Origin: Eledone cirrhosa
Lineage: Eukaryota
Length of the DNA: 64,000 nt
Direction of reading: 5' to 3'
Assembly (NCBI GenBank): GCA_964016885.1
Contig: OZ024746.1
Coordinates: forward strand, 33,046,001-33,110,000
Shown: one piece after another, positions 32,481 through 46,432 of the stretch
Numbering within the stretch: the first letter of the stretch is position 1
Layout of the letters: the number at the start of each line of letters is the position of its first letter
The notes under the pieces: generated by a model
What the model saw: only the letters and a program-made list of their open reading frames with translations
What the model was told of the DNA's origin: nothing
Databases searched by the model: none
Program-made: the position numbers and the translations under genes

Positions 32481-32996
32481 ACCGTACAGACATTTATATA
32501 TAATTATTCATACATCGCTGTTTCCTTTAGTACAAGAAATGGAGGAGCTAAAAATAGAAGTGTGAGACACAAAAGAAAATTGGTAAAACATTAGCTAAAG
32601 CCATATTTTTATCAACGACAGAAATTGGATAAATGTCGGTTTCTTGGCGGGATATGCCAAGTAAAATTCCTATTTTCATATATCCGTTGATATATCTATT
32701 TACGCCTCTTTCTCTCTCTCGCACTCCCACATACGCATGTACATAAAGATATATATAAAATGACGTTCGCAGATATAGGACATATGGTCCTGGGTTATGT
32801 TAATAGCATTTTGCGGATGCAACAACGCTAATTTTGTTTTGCTTCACGTCTTGGGGATTTGGTTTGATTCGGATGAACCATCCCCGATCATCATTCAATC
32901 TTCTGCAAAATTGCTTTCTTTCTTTTTTTTAACACTTCCTCTTTCTGGCCATTTATACTTGAACCACTAATAATAATAGTAATAATAATAATAATA

Positions 32997-33167
32997 AATG
33001 GGAACTGCCCATATATTAAGGAATATTCTGTCGATATAAGTACATCACCTAAAGATGCATCTGTGTGTATGTGTGTTCTTTCTTGAACATAGCGCACCAT
33101 GTTGTCTCTTTAGGTCACGGGTTGTGACTTGGTGATAACACGTATGAACATAAAGCAAGATAAATGA

Positions 33168-33168
<1 letters not shown>
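32997..33168 (+). mobile_element. R4/Dong-like LINE 3' end in (TAA)n
   Basis: Homologous to 36410-36590; (aat)n on both sides. Confidence 0.75.
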
Positions 33169-33197
<29 letters not shown>

Positions 33198-33198
<1 letters not shown>

Positions 33199-36179
33199 TT
33201 TTCTTTATTAACCACAAGGGTTTACATAAAGTAGACATTAAGGACAGTACAGGACAATACAGGACGGTACAAATGGGCATTTCTGCGTGTAAAAAAAACA
33301 GAGGATGTAATAAAATAACAAAGAAAAATTCCCCAATAGGGGGGAGACTTCCGAGGGACATTTGTGGAGAAAGCCCATTAAAAGGCCACAGTGACCCTGA
33401 CCACCAAGGCAAGTGCCCTCTCCCAGTTTTCCACCTTTAATTTACAGATACGTTCTCAGAGTAGCCCCATTCACTCGGGCCATTCTTGCTTCTCTCACCC
33501 ATCTTTCAACAAAATGCTGGGAAGAGAGCACTTCCCTCTCTACTCTGATTTTCCTTTTCAAATGAAATTTGAAAAGGTCAATCAGGGCATCACCGAAGAG
33601 GTAAGTGCTCGTCTTCAGCCCTTTCAAACGTGTCCACCATACTATCTCTTTCGCCATGGCCACCAGACAGATAAAAACTGCCTGCCCTTCCCGGCTAAAG
33701 GAAGAGGGCGGGGCAATCCTCACGATGGACTCAAATGATAGCCGGATCCGTCCTACACGTGACAGCAGGTGTTCGACATAAACCCACAAGTCAGGAATGC
33801 TCGGACACTGGACGAGTGCGTGCAGGACGGTTTCGTCGCCCTGCGCGCATCTCGGACATGCCCGGCTTACGGCACCTCCATGCCTGTAGAGTTTATTCCG
33901 AACTGGCAAAGCTCCCCGGTAGCACTGCCAGGCCAGGGATTTCTGGAAGTTGTCCATAGGCCTCGGCCCGAAAGTCCTTCCGAAGAGATTGGCTAGTTGA
34001 TTTTCGTCGACGCCTAGAGTTTCTCCAAGTACGTCGTCGCTCTTCTCCTCCACTAATTCTCTATAGAACGCCAAGGTGGAGTTTCCACCGATCACCTTGC
34101 CCGATTGGTCGAGGGCTGTGAGCGCCTGAAGACATTCCAGTCTCCAAGCGCTCCCTCTCGGTCTTCGCTTGACCCAGGACTGCAGCTCCGTCAAGGAGAC
34201 GAGCTGGGGAAAGACGTGTCTAGCAAACGGCGACCACACCTGATCACCGTCGAGGCAGAGGTGGAGATGTCGTAGCCTGAGCGCGTGTCTGCGCATCATC
34301 AGCCACGGCATGCCCAGCCCTCCACGTAGCGGGTGTAGTCAGCAGATGGACCATTTGACCATCGGAGCGCGTCCCTTCCACAAAAAGCGAAAGAGCAAAC
34401 GCTCCAGCGCAGTCAGGCGGGGCTTAGGACAAGGTACGACGGTCAGGCGGTAGTAGATGACGGACGCGATGTACGCGTTAGCCACCTCCGCTCGACTTTT
34501 CAGGGATAGCTTCCTCTCGGCCCATTTCTGGGTGAGAGAAGCCACCCTGCTCGTCACCTCGTCCCAGTTTTTGTCCGTCTGGAGGTCAGGACCGAACCAG
34601 ACCCCTAGCAATTTAACCGGTCCGTCCGTCCAGCGCCCGACGACGCTGTTGGACGGCATGGACCTGCCTCTCCAGGTACCGAGCTGCAGGCCCACTGACT
34701 TTTCCTGGTTGATCATTGCTCCTGTCACCGCTTCGTATTCTCTTAGTGTAGTGCCGATCGCCTCGATGTGTTTGGCGTTCGACACCACTACGGTGACATC
34801 GTCCGCATATGCTGACACGGATCTTCGGAATCATAGTTCGCGCGGGACCCCCCTCAACGTCTCAAGTTTGTGCAGTAATAGCTCGAGAGTCAATACGTAC
34901 AAGAGGGACGAGAGGGGACATCCTTGGCGGACCGAGCGCATGATGTTGAACGGTTCCGAAAGGTGACCGTTCACTCTCACCACAGAGCAGATGTCGCTGT
35001 GCATGGCAGCGATCCAGCCTCTGAAGACGGGCCCAAAGCCAGCCGCCCTCAGGACTGCCGCTAGGTAACGATGGTCGACTCTATCGAAGGCTTTCGACTG
35101 ATCTAAATTTATCAAAGACCCACCCGTGCCAGGTTCCCTAGCTACCCTCTCTACGATGTATCGCATGAGGTGGAGGTTGTCGTGGATGGATCTGTCAGGA
35201 ATGGCGCATGTCTGCGCCTCTTCCACCAGACCACCAACGTCAAGCGCCAACCTCTTTGCTAGCACCTTGGCCAAAATTTTGAACTCTGTGTTTAGCAGAG
35301 TTATGGGCCGGAAATTATCTATGTTATCCCCCTTGTTCGGATCCTTTCTCAGCAGCGCCACCGCTCCTCGGCTCACAGAACTGGGAATTCTCCCGTTCTG
35401 TTGCCAGTTGCAGTAGACGTCCGCTAAGAGGCCTCCGAACAAGTCTGGCATTTGTACGTAAAGTTCATAGGGCAGACCATCCAAACCAGGCGATTTACCC
35501 CTTGTGCAGCCAGTCATTGCCTCCCGTACTTCAGCGGCTGTTATCGGCTTTTCGCAACACTCCGCCTCAGTGGCCGAGAGCCGCGGCAGTCCGTTGAGGT
35601 AGACACTAAAGTCCATCCCTCGATCCGGCCCGCCACTGCCCCCGAACAGTTGAGCGAAGTGTCGCTGAAAAGCTCCACACATTTGCCCGGGATCGAGTAG
35701 CATGCGCCCCTCGTGGTCCACCAAATACCGGATCGTGGCTTTGTTTCCACGACGCGCCTCCGCCACTCGGGCCCATTGAACAGCTTCCGTCCCCTCGTGT
35801 CTGAGAGCACGTACCCTAGCTCTGACAACACAGCCTTCGTTGTTAGAGAAGGGAGGGAGAGAGAAGGGAGGGAGAGAGACAATTTTCTCTCTGCTGTAGT
35901 GACGATTGAGGAAGAAGAAGACGGAATGAGTGGAGTGACCTATGAAAATTCATTTTCGTAGCCATGTTTTTTTTTGTTTAAAATAAATATTGGGCACAAA
36001 ACCCCAATAAGCGGTTATTTAACCCCGAAGGGCCAAATAACGGGCAGAAAGACCCCTCTCACGAGGAGGAGGGTGTTTTTGTCTACAATTTGGTTAAAGT
36101 TTTAAACAATTTACAATTGTTATAGCGGTCTAAATTTACAATACCTTACAGAGCCGAGCCTCCGTCAGCCATAGCATTC

Positions 36180-36180
<1 letters not shown>
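33198..36180 (-). mobile_element. Tx1-clade LINE in (TTA)n, ORF2 disrupted, probable internal deletion
   Basis: ORFs 34831-35766, 34339-34818 and 33442-34311 (KSPGLDG, DQSKAFDRV, RQGCPLS, YADD, CPRC). AATAAA on - strand at ~33205-33210; (aat)n on both flanks. Confidence 0.9.
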
Positions 36181-36208
<28 letters not shown>

Positions 36209-36211
<3 letters not shown>

Positions 36212-36590
36212 GAATGTATCTATAAAAACATTTGAAAAATTGAGCAAGTATAAGGACCTGGAGATAGAAATTGGAAAAATGTGGAAATTGAGAACTAAAA
36301 CTATACCAGTGGTTGTAGGCGCTCTAGGAATGATACCTAAGGGGTCTAATGATTACTCATCGCAAATCCCAGGAAACCCGCGTATAGGAGAAATACAAAA
36401 GATAGTACTAATGGGAACTGCCCATATACTAAGGAAGATTCTGTCAATATAAGTACATCACAAGTCTAAACACCTAAAGATGCATGTGTGAGTATGTATG
36501 TTCTTTCTTGAACATGGCGGACCTTGTTGTCTCTTGAGGTCACTGGTTGTGACTTGGTGATAACTCGTATGAACATAAAGCAAGATAAAT
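36209..36590 (+). mobile_element. R4/Dong-like LINE 3' fragment (REL endonuclease C-terminus)
   Basis: KYKDL..E...MW...PVVVGALG...IQK.VL.GTAHILRKIL; (TAA)n flank. Confidence 0.8.
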
Positions 36591-36609
36591 GCAGCTGTAA
36601 TAATAATAA

Positions 36610-37350
<741 letters not shown>

Positions 37351-38238
37351 TCACATATGGTGGCATGAAGAAAACAATTAAAACGGCACAGGGCGGTACA
37401 TGACAGTAAATATGCATTTTCTTTCTTCATGTAGAAAGTTTTATAACAAAAACATTATACATGAAAATCAAAAGAAAATTTCCAATAGGAGGAAGATATT
37501 TGAGTATCGCTTGTAGAGAAAACACAGTCACGGCTAGCCTGATCGCTAGAGCAAATACCTCCTCCCAGTTATCTCATTCTAATCTACAAGCGCAGTCTTA
37601 GACTAGGCCCTTTCAATCTTAACATGCTCGCTGCACATCTACTTGTCAATGTGTATGCTCTAATTATGGCCCTGTCAACAGAAAATTCGTAATCATTCTC
37701 TGGTGCAGGTTTAACAAATCGATAAATTAGACAAATTTATCTTTTTCAAATCCGTGCCGTAATCGGTTTGAATACAGAATTCTATGTTAATTAGAAATGT
37801 AAATAAATCACATTTGAAATTAACCATATATTCTGTGCTTACACTTTTATAAAAGGCACGAACATATCAAACTCTCAAAAACCAGACTAGACCAGAATAC
37901 ATGCCACGGACTCCATGTCGTCAAATAGCGTGCTAGAAATATCTTTAAAACGTGTTAAAGTTTATGTATGTATTTACAATGTATACAATCAAATACGTGA
38001 GGGCTCGAGTTGGAACATCTGTGAGGTGTATGAAGAAGCATAACTATACAAGCACGACAAAGGTAGTCTACATCGGGAAACATATGTTCGTAAGTTTTTC
38101 TGTGTATGCCACAGTCTAAACCTGATTATAAAGTTATGTGTGTGCACGTGTGTGTATGTTAATGTTTCAGTATATTTATAAAATATGTTTGTAAGTTTTT
38201 ATAGTTTTATTGATGTCGAAACAGCGTTCCAATGGACA

Positions 38239-38310
<72 letters not shown>

Positions 38311-38313
<3 letters not shown>

Positions 38314-38730
38314 GTAGGAGGTGAGTTTTATTGTAGTACAATAAGGCAATGCAGATATCGGATAAGAAGCACTCTACAGTTTGTAGGACTGGAGTATACA
38401 TAATATATAAGATCAAAAGATGGTTAAAAGAGTTCCATGTATTTTATTATGCGCATTTCAAAAACAAATATCATCATGCAATAACATTTGTGTTTTCATC
38501 AGATAAAATAGGAAGACATGATATGGAGGTTAAAAACACTTGTGGATAGTGCAGTTTTAAATCAACATGATATGTTGATTTAAAACTGCACTATCCACAA
38601 GTGTTTTTAACCTTCATATCATGTCTTCCTATTTTATCTGATGAAAACACAAATGTTATTGCATGATGATATTTGTTTTTGAAATGCGCATAATAAAATA
38701 CATGGAACTCTTTTAACCATCTTTTGATCT

Positions 38731-38737
<7 letters not shown>
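38311..38737 (-). mobile_element. Fold-back PLE terminus; hairpin with ~165-bp arms and a 3-nt loop
   Basis: 38401-38568 vs 38572-38737; left side extends ~90 bp to (TA)n. Confidence 0.8.
38630..38700 (+). ncRNA. Hammerhead ribozyme (mirror at ~38439-38510 -)
   Basis: UAUUUUAU-CUGAUGA-(long stem II)-GAAA-UGCGCA-UA-AUAAAAUA. Confidence 0.8.
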
Positions 38738-38809
<72 letters not shown>

Positions 38810-38821
38810 TATAGATAGGTA

Positions 38822-41687
38822 AATATACACGGGTGTGTATGATTGTGTATAGAAGATTATATTAATAAGAGGAATTCCAACTTTGTCTGATTTACTCGTT
38901 TTATTTACAATCCTTTAAAATATATATAATGGTATTATAATGAAATAGTATGATAGAATATTAAATTCTAAGTGTTAATTGAACAAGTACTTTCATGCTT
39001 TCGCAATCTTCAGGTTCATGATATGTGGTGACAGTCGAGTTTGCAATTTTCAACTGTAATGAGATGGGTAAATTTCCTACCTTTTATACATTTTATACAG
39101 AGAAAAGTGGCTCCAGAATGCAAAGCCCTGTAAACTGTATTTCGACCAATCAGTGTGTAGTTTCACTGAATTACTACAGCTGATTGGTTTAAGCGTCACG
39201 GCTGGTTGAACATGCTAACGACCAATAGTCATATCCAACGTATCAATTGTTTTGCTTTTTTGAAATGATGAAAATAGCATTTTCTATTAATCATCACCAT
39301 CAACATCACTTTTATTATTATTATTATTGTTGTTGTTGTTGTTGTTAGTGGTCGTGGTCATAGTGGTAGTAGAAGTAATACCCCTAGGCGTTATTATTGT
39401 TCATTTAGCTTGGGTTTGAATTTATCAATAAAATTCTTTTCTTTGATTTTTCTCTTGATTTCATTTGGGCTGTGTAATTTGTAGAATGGGAATATTATAA
39501 ATATTCCCTGACCACATGTTTCCAGGTGGCCGCTTAGGGGTATCTGACGGACATTTGGGTCTCTGATTTGTTGACGGTGTACCCGTGCACGTTCCGATAG
39601 TGCATTTCCAGTTTGACCGACATATAGTTCTTCACAATTCGGGCATTTAATGCAGTAAATTAGATTTCTGCTTTTGCAGTTCATATTTGCATTTGTGAAT
39701 ATTTTTCCAGTTTTTGTTTTCATATATTGACCGGCGTGTATGGATTGACATGTGCCGCATCGATTATCATTGCATTTAGATACAGTGAATGATTGGTCTT
39801 TGTTGTTAAGGTCAAACTTTGCTTTTGTTAGCAATTGCTTCAAATTTTTTGGCTGTCTTTTACTAAGAGTCAAAGATCGATCTGTGATTAAGCCTTTTAA
39901 TTCATTACTTTGAGCAATGATCGGTAGGTTTGCTTTGGCAGTGTTGAAGATATTCTGGTGACATGGGTTGTGTGTCATTATAAATGGTATGACCAGTTCT
40001 TGGTTTCTTCTTCTTTGGGTTGTTCTAAGTTGTTGTATAGGTATTTTTATAGCCCGCTGTATGCCATTTTCTATAAGTAGAGATGGGTATTTTTGTTTGA
40101 GCAAAAATTCTCTTAGTTCTGTTAGGCGTTTGTACCTGGTATTCGTATCTTCTACAATGGTACAAATTCTTCTGGCTAGGCAGTATGGGATGTTGCGTTT
40201 TGTATGAGGTGGATGGCACGACTTAAAATTCAGATATTGATGGGTGTCTGTGTGTTTATAATATATATCCGTGGTAATGGTGGTGTCGTTTTTGATTATC
40301 ATTATATCTAGGAATGGTAATTTGGTCCTACTCATCTCTTTTGTGAATTGGAGAGATGGGTGTAGGTTATTCAGGAGGATATTGAACTCATCCAGAGTAT
40401 CTAGAGATTCTGTCCAGATGATGAAACAGTCGTCAAGGTATCTCTTCCAAGATTTTTCAATGTACTTTCTAAAGTCAGTACTATATTTTTCCTCTATTTC
40501 TTGGTAGAGTTGTTGTTCTAAGTATCCCATTACAGAGTTCGCGTAAACGGGAGCAAACTTCGTTCCCATCGCTGTGCCTCTAATTTGGATGTAATTCTTT
40601 CCATTGAAGAAGAAAGTGTTATTTTCCAGAATAAGTTTAACTGCGTCTAATATAAATGGCGCTGTGAATCTAATGGGAATCACTTCTCTATGTTTTTCCA
40701 CCCAGTATTTAACCGCCTTTATTCCTAAATCATGTGTAATGTTGGTGTAAAGGCTTACCACATCAAAACTGAGTAGAAGTGAATTCGTTTCCGTGGTTTT
40801 GGGAAGATGGGACAGGAAGTCGATATCATCCCGGATGAAACTGGGTATGTGAATACATAGTGGTTTCAAAATAATGTCAACAAAATTGCTTAGACGGTGA
40901 GTGGGGCATGTTGGACCAGCTATAATAGGTCTAAGTTTTAAGTCTTTTGGGTGTAATAATTTAATGTACTCACTGTTTTGTTCTCTTACTGCCAGTTGTA
41001 TTTCTTTTGACTTGTGAACTTTCGGTAGGCCATACAGGTTGCTGGGTTTCGGCTCAAAATTGGTGATGTAGTCTCTTTCCTTATCAGTAAATGAGTTGTG
41101 GTATTTTGAAGCCAGGTTGTTGATCTTCTTCATGATGTTGTGGTCTATATTTGACGGTATTTCATGATAGAATGTTGTGTCTTTCAGTTGTTCCTCAACC
41201 AAATCCTTGTAGTATTCAGTATCCATTATAACAACTGCACCCCCTTTATCTGCTTGTTTAATTATTATTGTTTTATCATTTTGTATACGTTTAAGTGCAG
41301 ACATTTCTGATTTGTTAATGTTTGGCCTAACATTAGTATTATGTCTAAGAGGAAATTTAGACAGGATGTCAATGTATTGGTCGAGATAGATATTTCTTCC
41401 TTTTGGCGGAGTGAAATTTGATTTATTCTTTACTAGTGATTCATCACTCTCATTATTTTTATCAGCGAAGAATTCTACAAGACGTAATTTTCGACAGAAT
41501 TCTTGGGTATCCTCCTTCAGTTCTTGGTGGTTGACTGTTGGAGTCGGTGTGAATTTCAGTCCTTTTGACAGAATTTGCATTTCATCATTGTCAAGATCTC
41601 TTTTAGATAAATTAATTATTTTAGGATCTACGTGTACAGCTGTTTTGGGTATGTTTCCTCCTGGAGTTTTTCTTTTTCCGGTTTTAA

Positions 41688-41690
<3 letters not shown>
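38822..41690 (-). mobile_element. Neptune-like PLE, 5'-truncated, in (TA)n
   Basis: Uninterrupted ORF plus 3' pseudo-LTR with HHR. Confidence 0.9.
39394..41580 (-). CDS. PLE reverse transcriptase + Cys-rich linker + GIY-YIG endonuclease
   Basis: KGLKF, ADKG, YGLPKVHK, RPII, FDVVSLYTNI, GTAMGT, RYLDD; C..RC.TC; LIY..C..C..YVGQT. Confidence 0.93.
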   Translation of the reverse strand: MQILSKGLKFTPTPTVNHQELKEDTQEFCRKLRLVEFFADKNNESDESLVKNKSNFTPPKGRNIYLDQYIDILSKFPLRHNTNVRPNINKSEMSALKRIQNDKTIIIKQADKGGAVVIMDTEYYKDLVEEQLKDTTFYHEIPSNIDHNIMKKINNLASKYHNSFTDKERDYITNFEPKPSNLYGLPKVHKSKEIQLAVREQNSEYIKLLHPKDLKLRPIIAGPTCPTHRLSNFVDIILKPLCIHIPSFIRDDIDFLSHLPKTTETNSLLLSFDVVSLYTNITHDLGIKAVKYWVEKHREVIPIRFTAPFILDAVKLILENNTFFFNGKNYIQIRGTAMGTKFAPVYANSVMGYLEQQLYQEIEEKYSTDFRKYIEKSWKRYLDDCFIIWTESLDTLDEFNILLNNLHPSLQFTKEMSRTKLPFLDIMIIKNDTTITTDIYYKHTDTHQYLNFKSCHPPHTKRNIPYCLARRICTIVEDTNTRYKRLTELREFLLKQKYPSLLIENGIQRAIKIPIQQLRTTQRRRNQELVIPFIMTHNPCHQNIFNTAKANLPIIAQSNELKGLITDRSLTLSKRQPKNLKQLLTKAKFDLNNKDQSFTVSKCNDNRCGTCQSIHAGQYMKTKTGKIFTNANMNCKSRNLIYCIKCPNCEELYVGQTGNALSERARVHRQQIRDPNVRQIPLSGHLETCGQGIFIIFPFYKLHSPNEIKRKIKEKNFIDKFKPKLNEQ

Positions 41691-41734
<44 letters not shown>

Positions 41735-41738
<4 letters not shown>

Positions 41739-42300
41739 ATAATAATAAATTTGAAGACTAAAATCCAAAGAGGGTTCGATAAGGACAAATATATATAAGA
41801 TAAGATAAGAACCGTAGAGTAAATATTTATTAAAATAACAGATTAAAGTTTAAGCAAAGAATCGCTGCTTTCACCCTTAACAGGATCTTCTGAAACTAGA
41901 TAAGTCAATCTGTGAACGCAGAAGTAAATATTTCAAAAAACGTTGCAACCGAAGGAAGACAGGAAGACGATACTTTGGTTCGTGGAAACGTTCCCTGGCA
42001 AAGAACGGCAAAAAACTAAGATAATACGTCATTGTTTGGTGCGTTGAAAACAATTACACGCAAAGACAAAACCACGTTTATGGTATAAATGAAGTCGTAG
42101 ACTAATATTCTATTAGGTGGTTCATGGAGACGTTCTCTGGCAATGAACGAAAAAAAAACGAAGATAATACGTCATTATTTGGAGCGGTGAAAACAATTAC
42201 ACGCAAAGACAAAACCACGTAAATGGTATAACTGAAGTCGTAGACTAAAATTCTATTTAGGAAACCGAATGATTCTCGGCTTCAGAGTTAAACATAAAGT
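41735..42300. repeat. TA-flanked repeat with a 2 x ~141-bp tandem duplication
   Basis: 41977-42117 ~ 42118-42261; left end matches 3791-3950. Confidence 0.65.
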
Positions 42301-42548
42301 AAATTAAATACAGAGGTAATTGAAATTAAATAAATACATACACGCATCCAAATACGTACATACACAAGCATACGCTAAAACACACGCTATGAGTATGCAA
42401 ATACATGCACGTACACAAAAAAAACACGCACCCACATACAGAACCCACGCAACGCCTGTACCCGCACACATACGAACGTATACACCAAATACACATAAAA
42501 ATATATATATTAAAAAAAAAATATATAAATATACATATATATATATAT

Positions 42549-43985
42549 TAGTTTTGCGAGGTTTTTGATATGAAATCGTGTGTCGAAACAAATATTGTTA
42601 TACTTGGGGAGGGTCATATTGTTGTAATGATATTGCCAGAATTAATAACAGAACACTCTCACTGTTTTGGTTGGTTTTCGCTTCTGTATCTTTTATATCA
42701 GTTAATTTATTCGGTCCTCAATGTTTACCATTGGCAAAAAATACAGATATAATATAGACACAAACACATATATATAGTCTAACAAAGTTCTTTCGTTGCA
42801 CATCTGCAACATCGTCAGTGGTGCTATTATGTTTCCCCCTGTTGTATTGTATGTCTATGCCATCTTTATTTAATCTGTTTATTTATTTATTTATTTTTGT
42901 CTTCTCTGCGCATGCGTTTGCGTGTGTGTATAGTGTTTGATGTGTGTTCGTGTTTGGGTGACTGTGTTTTGGTTATTGTATTCTATCTTAATTTACTTGT
43001 GTGTGTTTATATGTGTTTATTGTTATTGTGCTTGTGTATGTATTTATTTATTTATTTATATTTCTCTTAGGTCAGTATTGTTTGTTTGGGTGTTGTTGTT
43101 ATTCCATTCATTTTTCTGTTTAGCTTTGGCCTTCTAGGTTCTATTTCACTGGCCTCTCTGATTTGCCTATCTGCTGGGTCGTTTCTATGTTTAGATATTA
43201 TTTTAATTTCTATGTTGTCTACGTTACCGTCATGTTGTCTGGCGTGTTCGTATAGTACTCAACCATTTTTTGTCCTTGGTCTATCCTTTCACCTATGCTA
43301 CGAGGTGTCTCGCCTATGTATGTTGTTGTCATGTTTCTGCAAGTACCCTCTGTACATCTTATGCTATAGACTACGTTTTTAGTTTTACAGTTTATCCGGG
43401 GGCTTATTTTACATATAATACATTTCCTATTAGTACAGTGGGTTTTCTTAAAAGGCTATGTTTTGCTGATCCGGGATTTTATGGTGGTTCCTAGCTTTTC
43501 TACCACTTTAATCTTTAAGTGGGTCTTTTTCAGGGCATTTCTACACTGGTTAGCTAATTTCCCTCCAGGAGTAGCGTCCATGAACATGACACTCTGGTAT
43601 CTCTGGTTGTTGTACCATGAGGTGGCTTTCCCTATCTTATGTTTTGTCCTATCTAAGCTATTCCATGATTTGCTCCTGTATAATCGCAAATTCCTTTCAT
43701 GTCCAGTTCTATGAGGATCTTATACTTCTCCGTGGCTCCTTCGTCTACTCTGATTCTGTCTCTTTGGTTGTAGCCAGAGAACTGCATGCGGTTGATGAAG
43801 TGTTGGATGTGTCTTTCCATTTCTGTTGAGTCTTCATCACTCGTACCAAGTCTGCGATCAGAATATTAAACTTAGCACTACTGGACATTGCTGAATGTTT
43901 GAGTACCAGGTATTTGGAGGCTATGGGTTGAGCGTAGTGTGAGTGGAGAATTTAGGCTCTCTCATCTATAGTGTTAATCGAGAGT
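42549..43985 (-). mobile_element. Degenerate PLE (RT thumb + GIY-YIG; possibly Nematis-type) with pseudo-LTR
   Basis: ATPGGKLA..KVVEK.G; NVVYSIRC...YIGET.RS..ER; RQIREA..LN.KNEW read through stops; HHR-like motif at 42783-42822. Confidence 0.75.
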
Positions 43986-44526
43986 TCCGTAAATATATAT
44001 ATTTAAAAAAATGTGTGACACACGAGTTCTGATATATAAATAAACAGGAAAAGAAAAGGCTGAAAAATTTTTCACAGTGAAAAATATTTTAATTAGGAAT
44101 AAGTATAAAATAAGTATTAGTTAGTATTCAGTTTTAGTTTTAAGTTTTTACCGGTTGCTCATTTCTTATGCTTTTCAAAAATAATTTTGAGATAGGGTGC
44201 TCGTGATTTTTGCTCTAATCTTATCATTTTTGGAAATTCTTCCTGTTTTATGTGAAAAAAGTGGCTTGGGATGTATTAAGATTTGGTTGAAATTTCTCGC
44301 CAATTCGTGCTGCAAAAATTCTTATAGTCAAAACAATTTTGATTGGTCGGTAGAAGTCACGTGAATGTTTAAATTAATTTTAGCGCGAACTGGTTTCACG
44401 CCAAATGTAGGTTTGTCGAAGAGTGTCCTTTTCCGCTTGATTGAGTTGCAGTCATGTTGAGAGGTCAAGTGTTCAGGTTAAGACAAATATGTTAAGACAA
44501 TATCAGTTAAGACAAATATGTGTGTG

Positions 44527-44639
<113 letters not shown>

Positions 44640-44948
44640 CAAAGTGGTTCATTGTTGTGATAATGGAAATGAAAATATATACATACATATATATATATAT
44701 TTTGCCCAATATAGGTCTGTTATTTTTCTTAATTTTTCTTAATTTAATATTTAAAGTTAAGGATAACAAACTATATTGCTGTAGTTAGTATTTTTTCACC
44801 CTAGCAAATTTGGTCCTTACGATTCGAACACATGTATGTTTATATAAGTGTTCATCTCTCTTGTTTATTCAATTATATTGTACGGCTCGGAAAAGCTTTT
44901 TTCTTAGAGCTATTTAATTGTAAGAGACTACCCTGAGTTCTTAACTCA

Positions 44949-44996
<48 letters not shown>

Positions 44997-45318
44997 TTGT
45001 GTATATACATACAAATTCAAAATAGGGGGCGCACTGTGTAGACAATCACCGCAATTTGTGTCCTCGTCACTTCCGGCAAGTTGCATATTTTGCATTTTCC
45101 GAATGTGTACGATACTACTAGGGTAATAAAAGTTTTTGAAATGTTGTCCTTTTGATTCACAGAAATGACTGTAAGTATCCATATGAATCACTCTAGATAT
45201 TTTGCCGCCTTTTTTGTACGTAGATTTTGAAGTTGGTGAAATCGAACATAAGTAGGCCCTATTTTATTATCTCTTTCTGTCATGTATTACTAGGATCTCT
45301 TTTTGTCATGTATTACAC

Positions 45319-45412
<94 letters not shown>

Positions 45413-45779
45413 AGTGATTCTATCAGGCCGATCAAATCTATAATCAAATATGTTCCAGCACTCACTCTTTTGCCACAATATTTATTCAATAATAGCGTAT
45501 TTTGTACATATTATTGAAAGTGACATATTTTTAATAGGCTATAATGTGATTTGCTTTTCTACTTTGCTACTTTTTGAAGCAACAATTTAGATGCTACTTC
45601 GTTAGATTAGTAATATTTTTCAGTAGTCGTACTAGCTTCACCTAAGCTTAGCACTTCTCGTGCAAACTTAATATAACAGCTACTGCAACGGTAACTTTTC
45701 TATATGTTTTTCAAAAGGACTACGTTATCCAATGTATATTTCCTTTTTTTATCACTACAGAAGAGTAGATGTGAAAACT

Positions 45780-46432
45780 GAGACACGTGTCTTCTCACGA
45801 AAGCCTCTGCGTTGCACTCTACAAGCAGAGAAGTTCAAATATCTCAGGGTCGTATTCACGAGTTATGGAAGGTAGGAGGCTGATTTAAGTGCAAGAATTG
45901 CAGGTACTGGTGCAGTAATGTGCCAGAATTCAGTAATCAAAAGAAGGTATGTAGGCGTAAAAGTCAAACTCACTATCTTCAATTCGGTATTCGTGTCAAC
46001 CCTTACACGAATCTTGGGTAATGACCGAAAGAATACGATCGCGAATACAAGCGGCCGAAATGGGATTCCTCCGAAGGGATTTGAAGTATCGTTATTTTAT
46101 AGAGTCAGTAGCTCGGAGATCAGAGAGTCACTCCAGATAGATCCACTACTACTCCGAATTGAGAAATCACAGCTCCGATACTATGGACATGTGGTTAGGA
46201 TGTCTCAGGAAAGAATCGCTGGACAGATTTTACGGGCAAAACCAACAGGCAGGAGACCCAGGGGTAGACCCCGAGCAAGATGGTTGGATAACATCCATGA
46301 GTTTGGCTGGTCTCACTTGGGGAGCCAGCTGGATCAGTTCGAGACGGTTGGTTCTGGCTGGACCTCATGGAAGGAGTGTTTGAGGACTCTGACCCCACGA
46401 CCCTCTTAGCAATGGCGAAGAAGAAGAAGAAG
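45780..46432 (+). mobile_element. RTE-clade LINE 3' fragment with (GAA)n tail
   Basis: FKYLG; QLRYYGHVVRM..ER...GRRPRGRPRARW. Confidence 0.8.

Noticed and set aside
39394-41580. Selenocysteine recoding as in Naiad PLEs
   Set aside because: The ORFs have C-terminal GIY-YIG and no in-frame TGA at Cys positions
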